Shown: positions 37,701 to 46,983 of the stretch, in pieces
Layout of the letters: each line of letters begins with the position of its first letter
How positions within the stretch are numbered: the first letter of the stretch is position 1
Assembly: GCA_030432155.1 (NCBI GenBank)
Contig: JAUIHQ010000003.1
Coordinates: 1 to 50,110 of the forward strand
DNA from: a bacterium
GTDB taxonomy: Bacteria > Verrucomicrobiota > Kiritimatiellia > CAIVKH01
DNA length: 50,110 nt
Direction: 5' to 3'
Position numbers and translations under genes: made by a program
The notes under the pieces: generated by a model
What the model saw: the letters and a program-made list of their open reading frames with translations, nothing else
What the model was told of the DNA's origin: nothing
Database searches by the model: none

Positions 37701-37838
37701 GGGGAAGCCGTTCGCGATCTCGCCCGCAAGGACGAGCGGTTCAACAACCTCCGCAATCTTCCCGCGTTCAAGGCGCTTGTCCCGCAGATTCAGCAACCGG
37801 GCAACCTGCCGATCAATCTGCCGGGACTCAGCCTGTAA
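34779..37838 (+). CDS. DUF2723 (TMEM260-like) GT-C membrane protein with C-terminal TPRs
   Basis: TLAPTVTLEDSGEL, GVPHPPGYP, EVYSLN, NPPMNWG; TPR-like C-terminus. Start reassigned to MDKQQ (GGAG RBS). Confidence 0.82.
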   Translation: MDKQQTSESHREDSPAADAGFFDRQDGPFFRTVDWLTFWVGFIVSFGVYFHTLAPTVTLEDSGELAVASDYLGVPHPPGYPIWTLITWFFQWIFHWVKYFGTPDENIVIVLKSLKAVFTGSPEGHPNPAWSVGLMSAFFGALSCGILSILISRSGADIISSYKTAMDKIGLKLENVLCFAAGVTGGLLFAFSPVLWSQSTIVEVYSLNAFFMALTVLLLYRWMCRPKEDNILYAAAFIFGLGLTNHQTLVFIGPAILVAMWFRDRALLRDCLAGLFWLISIYMFYKAIQMGSPQGAEAIHKKQAMFTFGIIFLLLPGGLFFIERALFTEWKRFLITAGLAILGISFYAYLPVASEQNPPMNWGYPRTTEGFWHAISRGQYEKIDPIKNFNEVIQSPQKYFTLVNKIIFNAKDSTSVVAQFQWYLSFLVLIPVLFFGKISRQSRHWLIVSLIMFFFLTFFFIIFQYPEPDVQTLFIGRVQYIQAHAIFAIWISYGLIFGLSWLESRGTGNRMFTYGAALAILLLPLIPIARNAYDDKFIRDVGGCEQNGHDFGWQFGHWQLQGAEAITNEISEDERASYPTPGYPPVMETNAIFFGGTDPGRFVPTYMIYSADVRSDVYLITQNALADNTYMNVMRDLYGDTIWIPSQQDSNIAFQQYVSDVQAGRIPAGAAVSIEGGRVSVQGVQGVMTINGILAKMIFDANKHKHAFYVEESYVIPWMYPYLEPHGLIMKINREPLDQLSPEVVENDRKFWDWYKNRLTSNPKFHRDVVARKTFSKLRSAIAGLYASRRMYPESEYAFRQAISLYPLSPEANFRLADIFMQQFRFSDARQLIEDFLLEDPDNSKVASFLEQIRAMEQADNRRRELEAQLQSGADINVALELATIYRQMNLNQLFENLTQRILAQGNMPPAVILQIAQMYGEANRIDLYINTLKLYVEKEPANPRVWLDLSAAQAARNQTNEAIAALRRAVELGGEAVRDLARKDERFNNLRNLPAFKALVPQIQQPGNLPINLPGLSL

Positions 37839-37840
37839 AG

Positions 37841-38851
37841 ATGAAGATCCGGCACGGCATGCGAGCAGCGGTACTTCTCGGCCTGGTCTTCGCCGGGACC
37901 GTTCACGCCCAGGATCTGACCGAGCTTCCGCTCGACGGATACGCCGCAAAGGTGAATGACGAAGTGATCACCATCGGCGATGTCGCTGCCATCACGCGCG
38001 CCGCCGATGAGCGCCTCCGCATCCTGTACGCAGGCGAGGAATTGACCCGGCAACGGGCGGCCATGTTTCGCAGCGGCCTCCGGCAGCTCATCGAGAACAA
38101 GCTGATTGCCGCCGAGTTCGACACCCTCGAGGGACAGATCCCCGACCGCATCGTCGATGACCGGATTGACCAGATCATCAAGGAACGCTTCAACAACGAT
38201 CGAGCCGCCTTCCTCGAAGCTCTCGCTACGGAGCAGCGGACGTACCAGGAGTGGAAGGATGAAGTGCGGGAACACATGATTGTCGGCCTGATGCGCCGCC
38301 AGGAAGTCATCGACAAGGTGGCGATTTCGCCCGGACAGGTACGGAGAATCTACGAAGAGGAACAAAGTCGTTACAACGTGAAGCCGCAAATCCGTCTTCG
38401 CATGATTTTCCTGCGCCACGGGGAGGATGAGGAAGAGGATAACCGCAAGCGCGAGGAATTGGTCATCGCCCGCGGCCGCCTGGTCACCGAAGATGCAATC
38501 TTCGCCGATGTCGCACGGGAATTGTCCGAAGACACGCTCGCTGAGAACGGCGGGGACTGGGGCTGGATCGAACCGACCATGCTTCGAAATGAACTCCAGG
38601 CCGTGGCCGCGGAACTGAAGGAAGGCGAGATCAGCGAGATCATCGACACCGAGGACGGTTACTACCTGATGATGATCGACGAACGGAAGGATGCCGGCCG
38701 CAAATCATTCGACACCGTTCGCGAGGAAATTGAAGAAGAACTTACCGAAAAAGAGACGGAACGGCTGTACAAGGACTGGATCGACCGACTCCGCCGCAAG
38801 TTCTACATCAAACTCTACGAAGGAATTCCCGACCCCTTTACCGAACCATGA
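37841..38851 (+). CDS. surA: SurA-like periplasmic chaperone / parvulin PPIase
   Basis: AAKVNDEVIT, FADVARELSED..GGDWGW; precedes pdxA-rsmA. Confidence 0.8.
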   Translation: MKIRHGMRAAVLLGLVFAGTVHAQDLTELPLDGYAAKVNDEVITIGDVAAITRAADERLRILYAGEELTRQRAAMFRSGLRQLIENKLIAAEFDTLEGQIPDRIVDDRIDQIIKERFNNDRAAFLEALATEQRTYQEWKDEVREHMIVGLMRRQEVIDKVAISPGQVRRIYEEEQSRYNVKPQIRLRMIFLRHGEDEEEDNRKREELVIARGRLVTEDAIFADVARELSEDTLAENGGDWGWIEPTMLRNELQAVAAELKEGEISEIIDTEDGYYLMMIDERKDAGRKSFDTVREEIEEELTEKETERLYKDWIDRLRRKFYIKLYEGIPDPFTEP

Positions 38852-39852
38852 AGCACCCGCTTCGCATCGGCATCACCGCAGGCGATATCAACGGCATCGG
38901 ACCGGAGGTAACGCTCAAGGCCCTGCACCGGGCACGATGGCCGGCGAATGTCCGCTTCGTCATTCTCGGCCACGGCCAGCAGCTTGCGGAGCAAGCCCAC
39001 CGTCTCGGCCATCGAGCGCCGCCGGAATGCCCTCTGGACCGCCCATCCGCACGCTGGCCCAAGGTAAGCTGGTGGGACCCCTGCCCGGTCACCGACCTGG
39101 TGTGGCAACCCGGCTCGGTCAGCCCCAAGGCGGCGGAAGCGGCGGCCGGATGGATCACCGAAGGCGCGAAGGCCTGCATGCGAGGCGACCTCGACGGCAT
39201 GGTGACGGCGCCGATCTGCAAGGAAGGATTCAGCAAAGCCGGGGTGCAATTTCCCGGTCACACCGAGATGCTGGCCCACATCACCCGCACGAAAAGGTAC
39301 GCGATGATGCTGTTCGGCGCCGGGTTGCGCGTGGTGATCGTGACCCGCCATGATCCCATCGCCGAGGTTCCCCGCCTCCTGACCCGCAAACTCATTCGTG
39401 ATCATATCCGCCTCACCGCCGAAGCCCTCCCCTGGCTGGGTGCGGCCCAGGCCCGGATCGCGGTCTGCGGCCTCAATCCCCATGCCGGGGAAAGCGGCAC
39501 CATCGGCCGGGAGGAGATCGACATCATCCGGCCGGCGGTCCGCAGCGTCCAGGACCAGGGGTTCGATATCGACGGCCCCCTTCCCGCCGATACGGTTTTT
39601 CATCAGGCCGTGCACGGAACCTACGATGCCGTGGTCGCGATGTACCATGACCAGGGCCTTGCTCCGCTCAAGCTCCTCGCCTTCGACCGGGGGGTCAACA
39701 TCACCCTCGGCCTGCCGATTGTCCGCACCAGCCCCGATCACGGCACGGCATTCAACATTGCCGGCAAGGGCGTAGCCGATCATCGCAGCATGCGGGAAGC
39801 GATCCGTACCGCCGTTCTGGCCGCGGGACGGCCCAACCCCTGGAAAACGTAA
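38848..39852 (+). CDS. pdxA: 4-hydroxythreonine-4-phosphate dehydrogenase
   Basis: GDINGIGPE, PGHTE, GLNPHAGE, MYHDQG, RTSPDHGTAF. Confidence 0.93.
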   Translation: MKHPLRIGITAGDINGIGPEVTLKALHRARWPANVRFVILGHGQQLAEQAHRLGHRAPPECPLDRPSARWPKVSWWDPCPVTDLVWQPGSVSPKAAEAAAGWITEGAKACMRGDLDGMVTAPICKEGFSKAGVQFPGHTEMLAHITRTKRYAMMLFGAGLRVVIVTRHDPIAEVPRLLTRKLIRDHIRLTAEALPWLGAAQARIAVCGLNPHAGESGTIGREEIDIIRPAVRSVQDQGFDIDGPLPADTVFHQAVHGTYDAVVAMYHDQGLAPLKLLAFDRGVNITLGLPIVRTSPDHGTAFNIAGKGVADHRSMREAIRTAVLAAGRPNPWKT

Positions 39853-40718
39853 TGCCCGGCGACCTGACGCATCCCTCCCGGGTGCGGGAGATTCTGTCCC
39901 GTTGGGGCCTGCAACCCAACCGGACCCTCGGCCAGAACTTTCTTATCGATACCAACATTCGGGACATCATCATCGATGCCGCCGGTATTCGCGAAGAGGA
40001 TTGCGTGCTGGAAATCGGGCCGGGGCTCGGTGCACTGACCGAAGCGATGATCGGCCTGTGCCGGCAGGTCGTCGCGGTTGAGAAAGATCACGGCCTGTAC
40101 CGCCATCTCACCGAGATCTTCTCCGGCAGCCTCAACCTGAATCTTATCGAGGGCGACGCTCTCGGCCTGGGCATCGATACCCTGCTCCGGGATCATGACA
40201 TCTCCGTCCTTGTCTCCAATCTCCCCTATTCGGTCGGGAGCCGCATCCTCGTGGATGCCGCACTGAGCCCCCGCCGTCCCCGGTCCATCACGGTCACCGT
40301 CCAGCGGGAAGTGGCCGACCGGATGGCCGCACCCTGCGGGAGCGCCGACTACGGCATCCTCGGAATCTTCCTCCAGCTCGACTACGAGGTACACGTGCGC
40401 AAGCACATCAGCCGGACCTGCTTTTTCCCTCCCCCCGCCGTCCGGTCGTCCGTCGTCACCCTGACCCGGCGGACGGAACGGCTCCACCCTCTGCATGATG
40501 AGCACCTGTTCCGGAACCTGGTGCGATTTGCCTTCGAGCACCGGCGCAAACAGCTCATCGCGATTCTCAAGCGATGGCCGGCGGCAAGCTCAACCCCCGA
40601 GGCCATCCCCGCCATGCTTCCATCCGCGGGACTGGCACCCGACATCCGGCCCGAACGGGTATCCGTCACCGAATGGATCCGGCTGGCCAATGCCGCCGCT
40701 GAGGCCCGGGACCGGTAG
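39852..40718 (+). CDS. rsmA: 16S rRNA m6,2A1518/1519 dimethyltransferase
   Basis: LGQNFL, EIGPGLG, SNLPY, QREVA, FFPPP.V.S. Confidence 0.95.
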   Translation: MPGDLTHPSRVREILSRWGLQPNRTLGQNFLIDTNIRDIIIDAAGIREEDCVLEIGPGLGALTEAMIGLCRQVVAVEKDHGLYRHLTEIFSGSLNLNLIEGDALGLGIDTLLRDHDISVLVSNLPYSVGSRILVDAALSPRRPRSITVTVQREVADRMAAPCGSADYGILGIFLQLDYEVHVRKHISRTCFFPPPAVRSSVVTLTRRTERLHPLHDEHLFRNLVRFAFEHRRKQLIAILKRWPAASSTPEAIPAMLPSAGLAPDIRPERVSVTEWIRLANAAAEARDR

Positions 40719-40747
40719 CCGGTCTCGTTACCATACCCACATATAGT

Positions 40748-40782
40748 TTTACATAAACCAGTCTTGGGTTTATGATCCCGCC
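40748..40782 (+). promoter_or_regulatory. Putative leaderless sigma70 promoter
   Basis: TTTACA (40748-53), 17 bp, TATGAT (40771-76), 6 nt, ATG 40783; no SD sequence. Confidence 0.6.
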
Positions 40783-43700
40783 ATGAACCACCGGATTCTG
40801 GCGCCGCTATTCGTTGTTTTCGCGATGACGGGATGGGTTCCGCCCGTTTCAGGACGGGAAATCCTGATGGTAACCGCGGCGCCGGAAACGGCATCAACAT
40901 CCCTCCTTGTCCGTATCGAGGGAACCGTTACCGACAATGAGCCGTTCGCATTGTACCGGCGGCCGGAAGGCACCATCGCCACCAACGTCACCACCGGGGG
41001 CGATGCGGGCTGGATGCTCATTGCAACCAACCTTGTACCTTCCGGAACCGCCGCCGTTCATCATGACACGAATATTATTCAAGGCGTGCTCTATGAATAC
41101 CGGGCGGAAAAGCCGGCCGTTCTTTCGAGCGAAGGTTTCGGGGTCGGCGGCCTCTCCCTCCCCGCTCCGACGTCACGCGGCGGCATGCTGCTGGTTGTGG
41201 AAGAAGGACTGACGAACGCCCTCCGGCATGAGTTGAATCAATTGGTGTCCGATCTTGTCGGTGACGGCTGGATGGTGGATGTCGCGGCAGTACCCCGGCA
41301 CAACGAAACGCCGGCCGATGCAGCCGAACGGCGCGCTCTTCTCAACAGTGTTCGCAACGCGATTTCCAATGCCTACACCGCGTCAGGCGGCAGCCTTCGT
41401 TCCGTATACCTGATCGGCAGGGTTCCCGTTCCCTACAGCCTCGCCGTCCAGGAGCCGGCGTACGCAGCCAGCCTTCCTCCCTGGCCGCCGGACGGACATC
41501 AGGAACACGCGGGCTGCTGGCCGGCCGACCAGTATTACGCGGACCTGTTCCAGGACTTTACCAATCTGAATTACCAATGGACGGACTCGACAAGAGCCTG
41601 GACCAACCAGGGAATTCCGCGGTGTTCGACGGTTCCCGGCGATGGCAAATTCGACAACTATCGGGCGGCTACCCGGCTGGACCTGCAACTCGGTCGCGTC
41701 GACTTTTCGAACCTTCCCGGATCACCGCTGCCCGAAACCGAGCGGGTGCGGCAGTACCTGGACAAGGTTCACCGCTACCGGATGGGCCAGATACCCATGA
41801 CGCGCAGCGCCGCGGTCAGTTCGCCCTATGCCTCGGTCCGCCTGACCTTCCCCTCCTGGTTTGGAACGAATGCCTATACCCTTTCCACGAACCTGCTGGA
41901 TGACATCACCGGGACCAACGGGCTCTACGGAGTGTTCGCCAACGGCGCCGGAAGTTTCACGTCCGTCGGCACGCACTACACCAGTTGGGACCTGATGAAC
42001 AGTCGGCCCAGGATATTCCTGCACATGGCGCACGGGAGCTACTTCGGTGACTGGGACTCGGAAAACAACCTGCTTCGGGCGGCCCTCGCCGGACCGGAAG
42101 GCGCCCTGGTTTCGCTCGACGCGATGGACTTCTCATATGCCAGCCCTTCCAATCCGCATTACCATGTCGCCCCGGACTGGTCGCTCTGCCACATGGCGCT
42201 TGGCGAAACGGTGGGCTACGGCGTTCGACACTCACTGAACCGGACGTTTCAGGCAACGTGGATCTATACGGCTCGCCCCAGTGCGCACTTTGCTCTCCTC
42301 GGGGATCCCTCCCTCCGCCTGTTTCCGGTTCAGCCGGTTCCGTCCTGCCGAACACGGATCAACGGAAACGATGTCATCCTGACGTGGGAACCATCACCCG
42401 ACCCGCAGGTAACCGGCTACCATATCTACGCATCCACCAACGGCCTGCAGGGATCTTATACCAAGCTCCATTCCGGCCGGATCACGACAACCTCCCTGAC
42501 CCATGCCGGGGCGATGCCCGCGACCGTCCACTACCAGGTACGGGCGGTGCGGGATGAACAAACCGGCGCCGGCACGTACGAGAATACCGCGTTGGCAGCC
42601 TTTGCCATCGAGTCCGACAGTGAACGCCCCTACATATCGATCCTTCCCGTGCAACTTCTCGCCGCCGAGGACGGCAGCGAAACCGGATGTGTCGTCATCA
42701 CCAGATCCGGCAATGCGTCGGCCGGATTGACCGTTTATCTGACCGTGAGCGGATCCGCGGATGCGTCGGATTACACCGCCGGCACGACCGATTCCATCCT
42801 GATTCCGCCGGGAACGAATGCAGCGACTCTATCCGTCACCGGCCAGGCCGATGATGTACTGGAAGGTACGGAAACTCTTACATTCGAACTCGCACCGGAT
42901 CCTGCGTATCAAGCAGGCATTTCCACACGTCAAACCATCTACATCGCTGATCATGACACCATGCCGACCGCTCCCGGCGGCATGTCCGCGGTCGAGATCA
43001 ACACCAACGCCGTCCTGACCTGGCAGGACCTGGCGACAAATGAAACACGATACGTTATTGAGCGCCGGCTGCAGACCGGGGGAACGGAGACTGTGCTGGA
43101 CAATGAAAACGCCGACCTGGTGACCGCTTTCGCGCAATCCGGCACATGGGAGGACCTCGGCTTCGAGAACGCATATGACGGAACCTGCCTGGGTATCAAG
43201 AAAGTCGATGGAGACTCTCATGTCGACTATGCCGTCGGCCGGGCCGTCACCGGCCTCCAGGACCTGGCATGGTGGCACCCCTCGGGCAGCGTTGATGGAA
43301 TTCTGACCGATTCGCAACACCTTTACATCCACCATGCGGGCGGAAGCAATGACGTCGTCATCAACATGCAGGTGAACGGCGCATCCTGGAAACCGCTCGG
43401 GCGCTATGATCTGAACACGGGCAGTTTTGTCCGGGTAGAGGGCGTCACGACATCATACCGGTGGACCATTGCCGATGCCTTGCGGATCGAACGGCCGTTT
43501 CTTCCCATCGCCGAGATACCGCCGGACACAACCAACTGGACCGACACATCCGTTCTGCCCGGCTACTCGTATCAGTACCGTGTGCGGGCCGGGTTGGCCA
43601 ACACGTCATCCCTACCGTCCGAAGCCGTCACGGTTGTCATCACCGGCGGAGGTACCAATGCGGTTCCGGTTGCCGACGCCGGAACCGTTGCCTCCGTCAC

Positions 43701-44862
43701 CGCGGACCGCCCGCTGGAGCTGAACGGAAACGCGCAGGATCCGGATGACAGTCCATTACCCCTGTCGACGACCTGGTTCTTGGTCTCGGGGCCCGGGAGC
43801 ATGACGTTCGACAACCCGGCAGCCCTGAACACCATTGCCATGGTTTCCACCAACGGGACCTATGTGATCGGCCTCTCGGCGAGCGACGGCATCAGCTCAG
43901 TCACCGATACGGTATCGGTCCTGATCCTGCCTGCCCCGATTCCCGGCCGGGGGGCATCCAACGGCACACCCTTCGAGGTGGATGCCTTCACCATCGGGCT
44001 CTGGCATCTTGACGGCTCGACAGAAGATTCCACCACCAACGGACTCGATCTATTCCTGGTGAACGGAGCAACACTTTCAAGTGGCGGGCAGGCTACGGCG
44101 TGGATGGCGGCTCCCGCCGGCGCCGCGCTCAGGGTCGATAACTTTCCCCAGGCCGTCACGGGCTCTGTTCCCGATGTGCTCACATTCGGCTCCGGCCCCG
44201 GAAGGGCGTTGAGCCTTGAGGCATGGATGTATGTGGAGGCCTGGGGATCGAACAGCGTCTCATTCACCATGTTCGGTATGGAGCAGAATTGGGATACCCA
44301 CATCAACCTTGAACAGGGCTCGTGGAGCCGTCCGGAAGGATGGATTTCGGGAAACCGGGATGTTGCCCTGGCCGATGAGGAAATCGTGGGATCGTACTGG
44401 TCGACCAACACCTGGCATCATTTCATGTTCACGTTTGACGGCACCAATACATTCACCGCCAGTCTCGACGGCGTTCGCATCGGTACATCACTGGTCAGCG
44501 AACCGAACTGGGGTCGGGGCAATCATCTCAGCCTCCAGTTCGGCAACCTTGTCGGATACATCGACGAAATCCGGCTCAGCAGCACGGTTCGTGTCTTTGA
44601 GCTGCCGGCATCCGAGACTCTTCCCGTGGATCCGCCGGTCTTTGACGGCAATACATCCGGTCTCAGCGGCGGCATGATCCGATTGGGCGCAATCACAGCG
44701 ACAGGAATCCTCTATGCGGTCGACAACCGGACAAATTTGCTGAATGGAGAGTGGACGGAAGTCACCAACGGTATCACCGGCAACGGTGCGCCCCTGGAGA
44801 TCGACATTCTTCCCGTCATGAATCAAGGCATGTATCGCATGCGGGTATGGCCGGAGCCCTGA
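40783..44862 (+). CDS. Large secreted modular protein: gingipain/C25-like domain, FN3, Calx-beta, PKD-like and LamG-like domains, C-terminal YR domain
   Basis: Signal peptide; VYLIGRVP, DQYYADL, LGRVDF, LLGDPSLRL; FN3 (LTWQD..NET.YVIER, YQYRVRA); Calx-beta (DDVLEGTETLTF); PVADAG; LWHLDG...GYIDEIRLS. Confidence 0.7.
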   Translation: MNHRILAPLFVVFAMTGWVPPVSGREILMVTAAPETASTSLLVRIEGTVTDNEPFALYRRPEGTIATNVTTGGDAGWMLIATNLVPSGTAAVHHDTNIIQGVLYEYRAEKPAVLSSEGFGVGGLSLPAPTSRGGMLLVVEEGLTNALRHELNQLVSDLVGDGWMVDVAAVPRHNETPADAAERRALLNSVRNAISNAYTASGGSLRSVYLIGRVPVPYSLAVQEPAYAASLPPWPPDGHQEHAGCWPADQYYADLFQDFTNLNYQWTDSTRAWTNQGIPRCSTVPGDGKFDNYRAATRLDLQLGRVDFSNLPGSPLPETERVRQYLDKVHRYRMGQIPMTRSAAVSSPYASVRLTFPSWFGTNAYTLSTNLLDDITGTNGLYGVFANGAGSFTSVGTHYTSWDLMNSRPRIFLHMAHGSYFGDWDSENNLLRAALAGPEGALVSLDAMDFSYASPSNPHYHVAPDWSLCHMALGETVGYGVRHSLNRTFQATWIYTARPSAHFALLGDPSLRLFPVQPVPSCRTRINGNDVILTWEPSPDPQVTGYHIYASTNGLQGSYTKLHSGRITTTSLTHAGAMPATVHYQVRAVRDEQTGAGTYENTALAAFAIESDSERPYISILPVQLLAAEDGSETGCVVITRSGNASAGLTVYLTVSGSADASDYTAGTTDSILIPPGTNAATLSVTGQADDVLEGTETLTFELAPDPAYQAGISTRQTIYIADHDTMPTAPGGMSAVEINTNAVLTWQDLATNETRYVIERRLQTGGTETVLDNENADLVTAFAQSGTWEDLGFENAYDGTCLGIKKVDGDSHVDYAVGRAVTGLQDLAWWHPSGSVDGILTDSQHLYIHHAGGSNDVVINMQVNGASWKPLGRYDLNTGSFVRVEGVTTSYRWTIADALRIERPFLPIAEIPPDTTNWTDTSVLPGYSYQYRVRAGLANTSSLPSEAVTVVITGGGTNAVPVADAGTVASVTADRPLELNGNAQDPDDSPLPLSTTWFLVSGPGSMTFDNPAALNTIAMVSTNGTYVIGLSASDGISSVTDTVSVLILPAPIPGRGASNGTPFEVDAFTIGLWHLDGSTEDSTTNGLDLFLVNGATLSSGGQATAWMAAPAGAALRVDNFPQAVTGSVPDVLTFGSGPGRALSLEAWMYVEAWGSNSVSFTMFGMEQNWDTHINLEQGSWSRPEGWISGNRDVALADEEIVGSYWSTNTWHHFMFTFDGTNTFTASLDGVRIGTSLVSEPNWGRGNHLSLQFGNLVGYIDEIRLSSTVRVFELPASETLPVDPPVFDGNTSGLSGGMIRLGAITATGILYAVDNRTNLLNGEWTEVTNGITGNGAPLEIDILPVMNQGMYRMRVWPEP

Positions 44863-45030
44863 ATCGCCCACGCCTACCTTAACGAATCTTCATACACAGT
44901 AACCTGCTGACCTCGAAACAGTTGCGACAACCACCCGCAACGTGGAGGCATCAACCCTTTCCCGGCCAGATATCTAAGCCTATGTTCCTCAGCAAACCAG
45001 GCCCCTCGCTCAATCATACCGCCGATTCTC

Positions 45031-46806
45031 ATGAACCAATCGATTCGATACCTATTGCTTTTCCTCTTCCCGACCCTTGTCGTTCGACCCGCATTAGCGG
45101 CCGTCCCGTCGGAATATGAACTGACCGATATCACCGGATGGTCGGAGGCTCAACTGGCCACCCTCCCGTATTTCAAAAAGTTTGTGCCGGTGGATCCGGT
45201 CGGCGCCGGGACCGACTTTATCCCCGCCGCCCACAACGGGCAGGGCTTGACCGGAGGCAACCGGACATCCGGCACCACCTGGGTCCAGGGATCGGGCGCC
45301 TATGTGGCCGACGGAACACAATCGAATGTCTCGGCATGGCTGCGGTCGGGCTACTGGTTTTCCTATTCCTGGTCCTACACCTATTTTGACGGGACGGATT
45401 ATCACTTTCAGAATGGCTTCGTCACCCACAGCCCCTTCAAGGATCTCAATACGCTGGGCGATATGGTCGGCTACGCGACCGTGCCCGGTTCCGGCAGTTC
45501 TTCCGCCGGATACGCGGATCACGCGTGGATTCTTGATCCGGAAACCGGAGAGAAGACGGACATCACACCGGACGCAACACGTGCGGTTCCGAACGGCATC
45601 AATGACCATGGCGATATCACCGGCTACTGGTCGAACTCCAACGGATATCATGCCTTCCGCCGCACTGCCGATGGTGTCTTCACGGATTTCACGGTGACCA
45701 ACGGCGTCGTCACCCCCGGCGTCATCAACAATCACGGACATATCGCGGGCATGGTTACCATCTACTCCACCCCGCGACTCTACTATCCGTTCTTCAGCGA
45801 GGCCGGAACCGAAATGACCGCCCTCCCCCTGCCGTCCCAGGGATCGCCGGATACGGCATCCATTGCCGACATCAACTTTCACGACATCCTCGTCGGTGAG
45901 GCCTACCGGTCCGATTCCGCACCCCGGGTCACCAGCGCGGCCCGATGGGTGCGGGTTGACGGCTCCTGGCAGGCGGAGGACCTCAACGAGCTGCTTGCCG
46001 ACAACCTCGACTTCATCCTTGACCGGTGTATTGCGATCAATGACGCCGGATACATACTGGCGACCGGCCATCTCGACGGAGGGCCTGACAATACCTATAA
46101 CACCCATCGCCTTCTGCTGACGCCGGATGTACTCGCCAAGCCTGCAGTCACCACGCTGGCCGCCGTCGATACGACATCCACCTCGGCCGTGCTCCGGGCC
46201 GTCATCAATGCCGCCGGTCTTCCTGCGGGCTGGCACTTCGAGTATGGAACCTCCACCCTCTTTACCGCCGCATCCTCGACGACCGCGGCCACCGGTACAT
46301 GCCCGGTGGTGGCCGGTGTCACCCTGACCGGCTTGACACCGGATACCACCTACCATCTCCGTGCGGTGGCAACGAACAGCGAAGGGACGGTCATGGGCTC
46401 GAACCTTTCGTTCCGAACATCGTGGAACTGGCCCGCATGGGCGGCGGCACACCCCGGAATCTCGGCTCCCGACGATGACATGAACACCAACGGCGCTCCT
46501 GACCTTCTCGATTACGCCACCGGCAATACCCCGCACCCCGTGATGACCATCGTGAGCAACCGCATGACCTATACATTTTTCCAGGCCATCAACGCCGATG
46601 GTGTGCAGCTCGCAGTAGATATCAGCCCGGACATGGTTACATGGTACGAAAGGGCCGCCTTTTCTTCAGGTTCCTCATCCGTCACCCAGACCAACGGCAT
46701 CGAGGTTGTCACCGCGGATCCTTCCGGAAACCAACGGATGATCACCGTGTCCGGCGGATTTACCAACGGTTGTACCCACTACCGGCTGCGCACCATGCTG
46801 AAATAA
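45031..46806 (+). CDS. Secreted protein with HAF-like repeats (probable beta-propeller), FN3 domain and C-terminal YR domain
   Basis: Signal peptide; repeated (G/D)IN.HG.I.G units; LTPDTTYHLRAVATN; ends HYRLRTMLK. Confidence 0.65.
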   Translation: MNQSIRYLLLFLFPTLVVRPALAAVPSEYELTDITGWSEAQLATLPYFKKFVPVDPVGAGTDFIPAAHNGQGLTGGNRTSGTTWVQGSGAYVADGTQSNVSAWLRSGYWFSYSWSYTYFDGTDYHFQNGFVTHSPFKDLNTLGDMVGYATVPGSGSSSAGYADHAWILDPETGEKTDITPDATRAVPNGINDHGDITGYWSNSNGYHAFRRTADGVFTDFTVTNGVVTPGVINNHGHIAGMVTIYSTPRLYYPFFSEAGTEMTALPLPSQGSPDTASIADINFHDILVGEAYRSDSAPRVTSAARWVRVDGSWQAEDLNELLADNLDFILDRCIAINDAGYILATGHLDGGPDNTYNTHRLLLTPDVLAKPAVTTLAAVDTTSTSAVLRAVINAAGLPAGWHFEYGTSTLFTAASSTTAATGTCPVVAGVTLTGLTPDTTYHLRAVATNSEGTVMGSNLSFRTSWNWPAWAAAHPGISAPDDDMNTNGAPDLLDYATGNTPHPVMTIVSNRMTYTFFQAINADGVQLAVDISPDMVTWYERAAFSSGSSSVTQTNGIEVVTADPSGNQRMITVSGGFTNGCTHYRLRTMLK

Positions 46807-46983
46807 AGGCCTGGGTCTTTCAGGCTTCCAACACGCATTGCTTTTCCCCGGCATTCATCTATCCTTGCTGCGGATCGGGTTGCGGCCGGAAGGTTGAAGC
46901 GAGGAGCATAGACGTATCCAAACATGGGATCCCGCCCGGTCCGGACGATGAATCGAAACGTGACCGCATGGGAGACATGTTGA

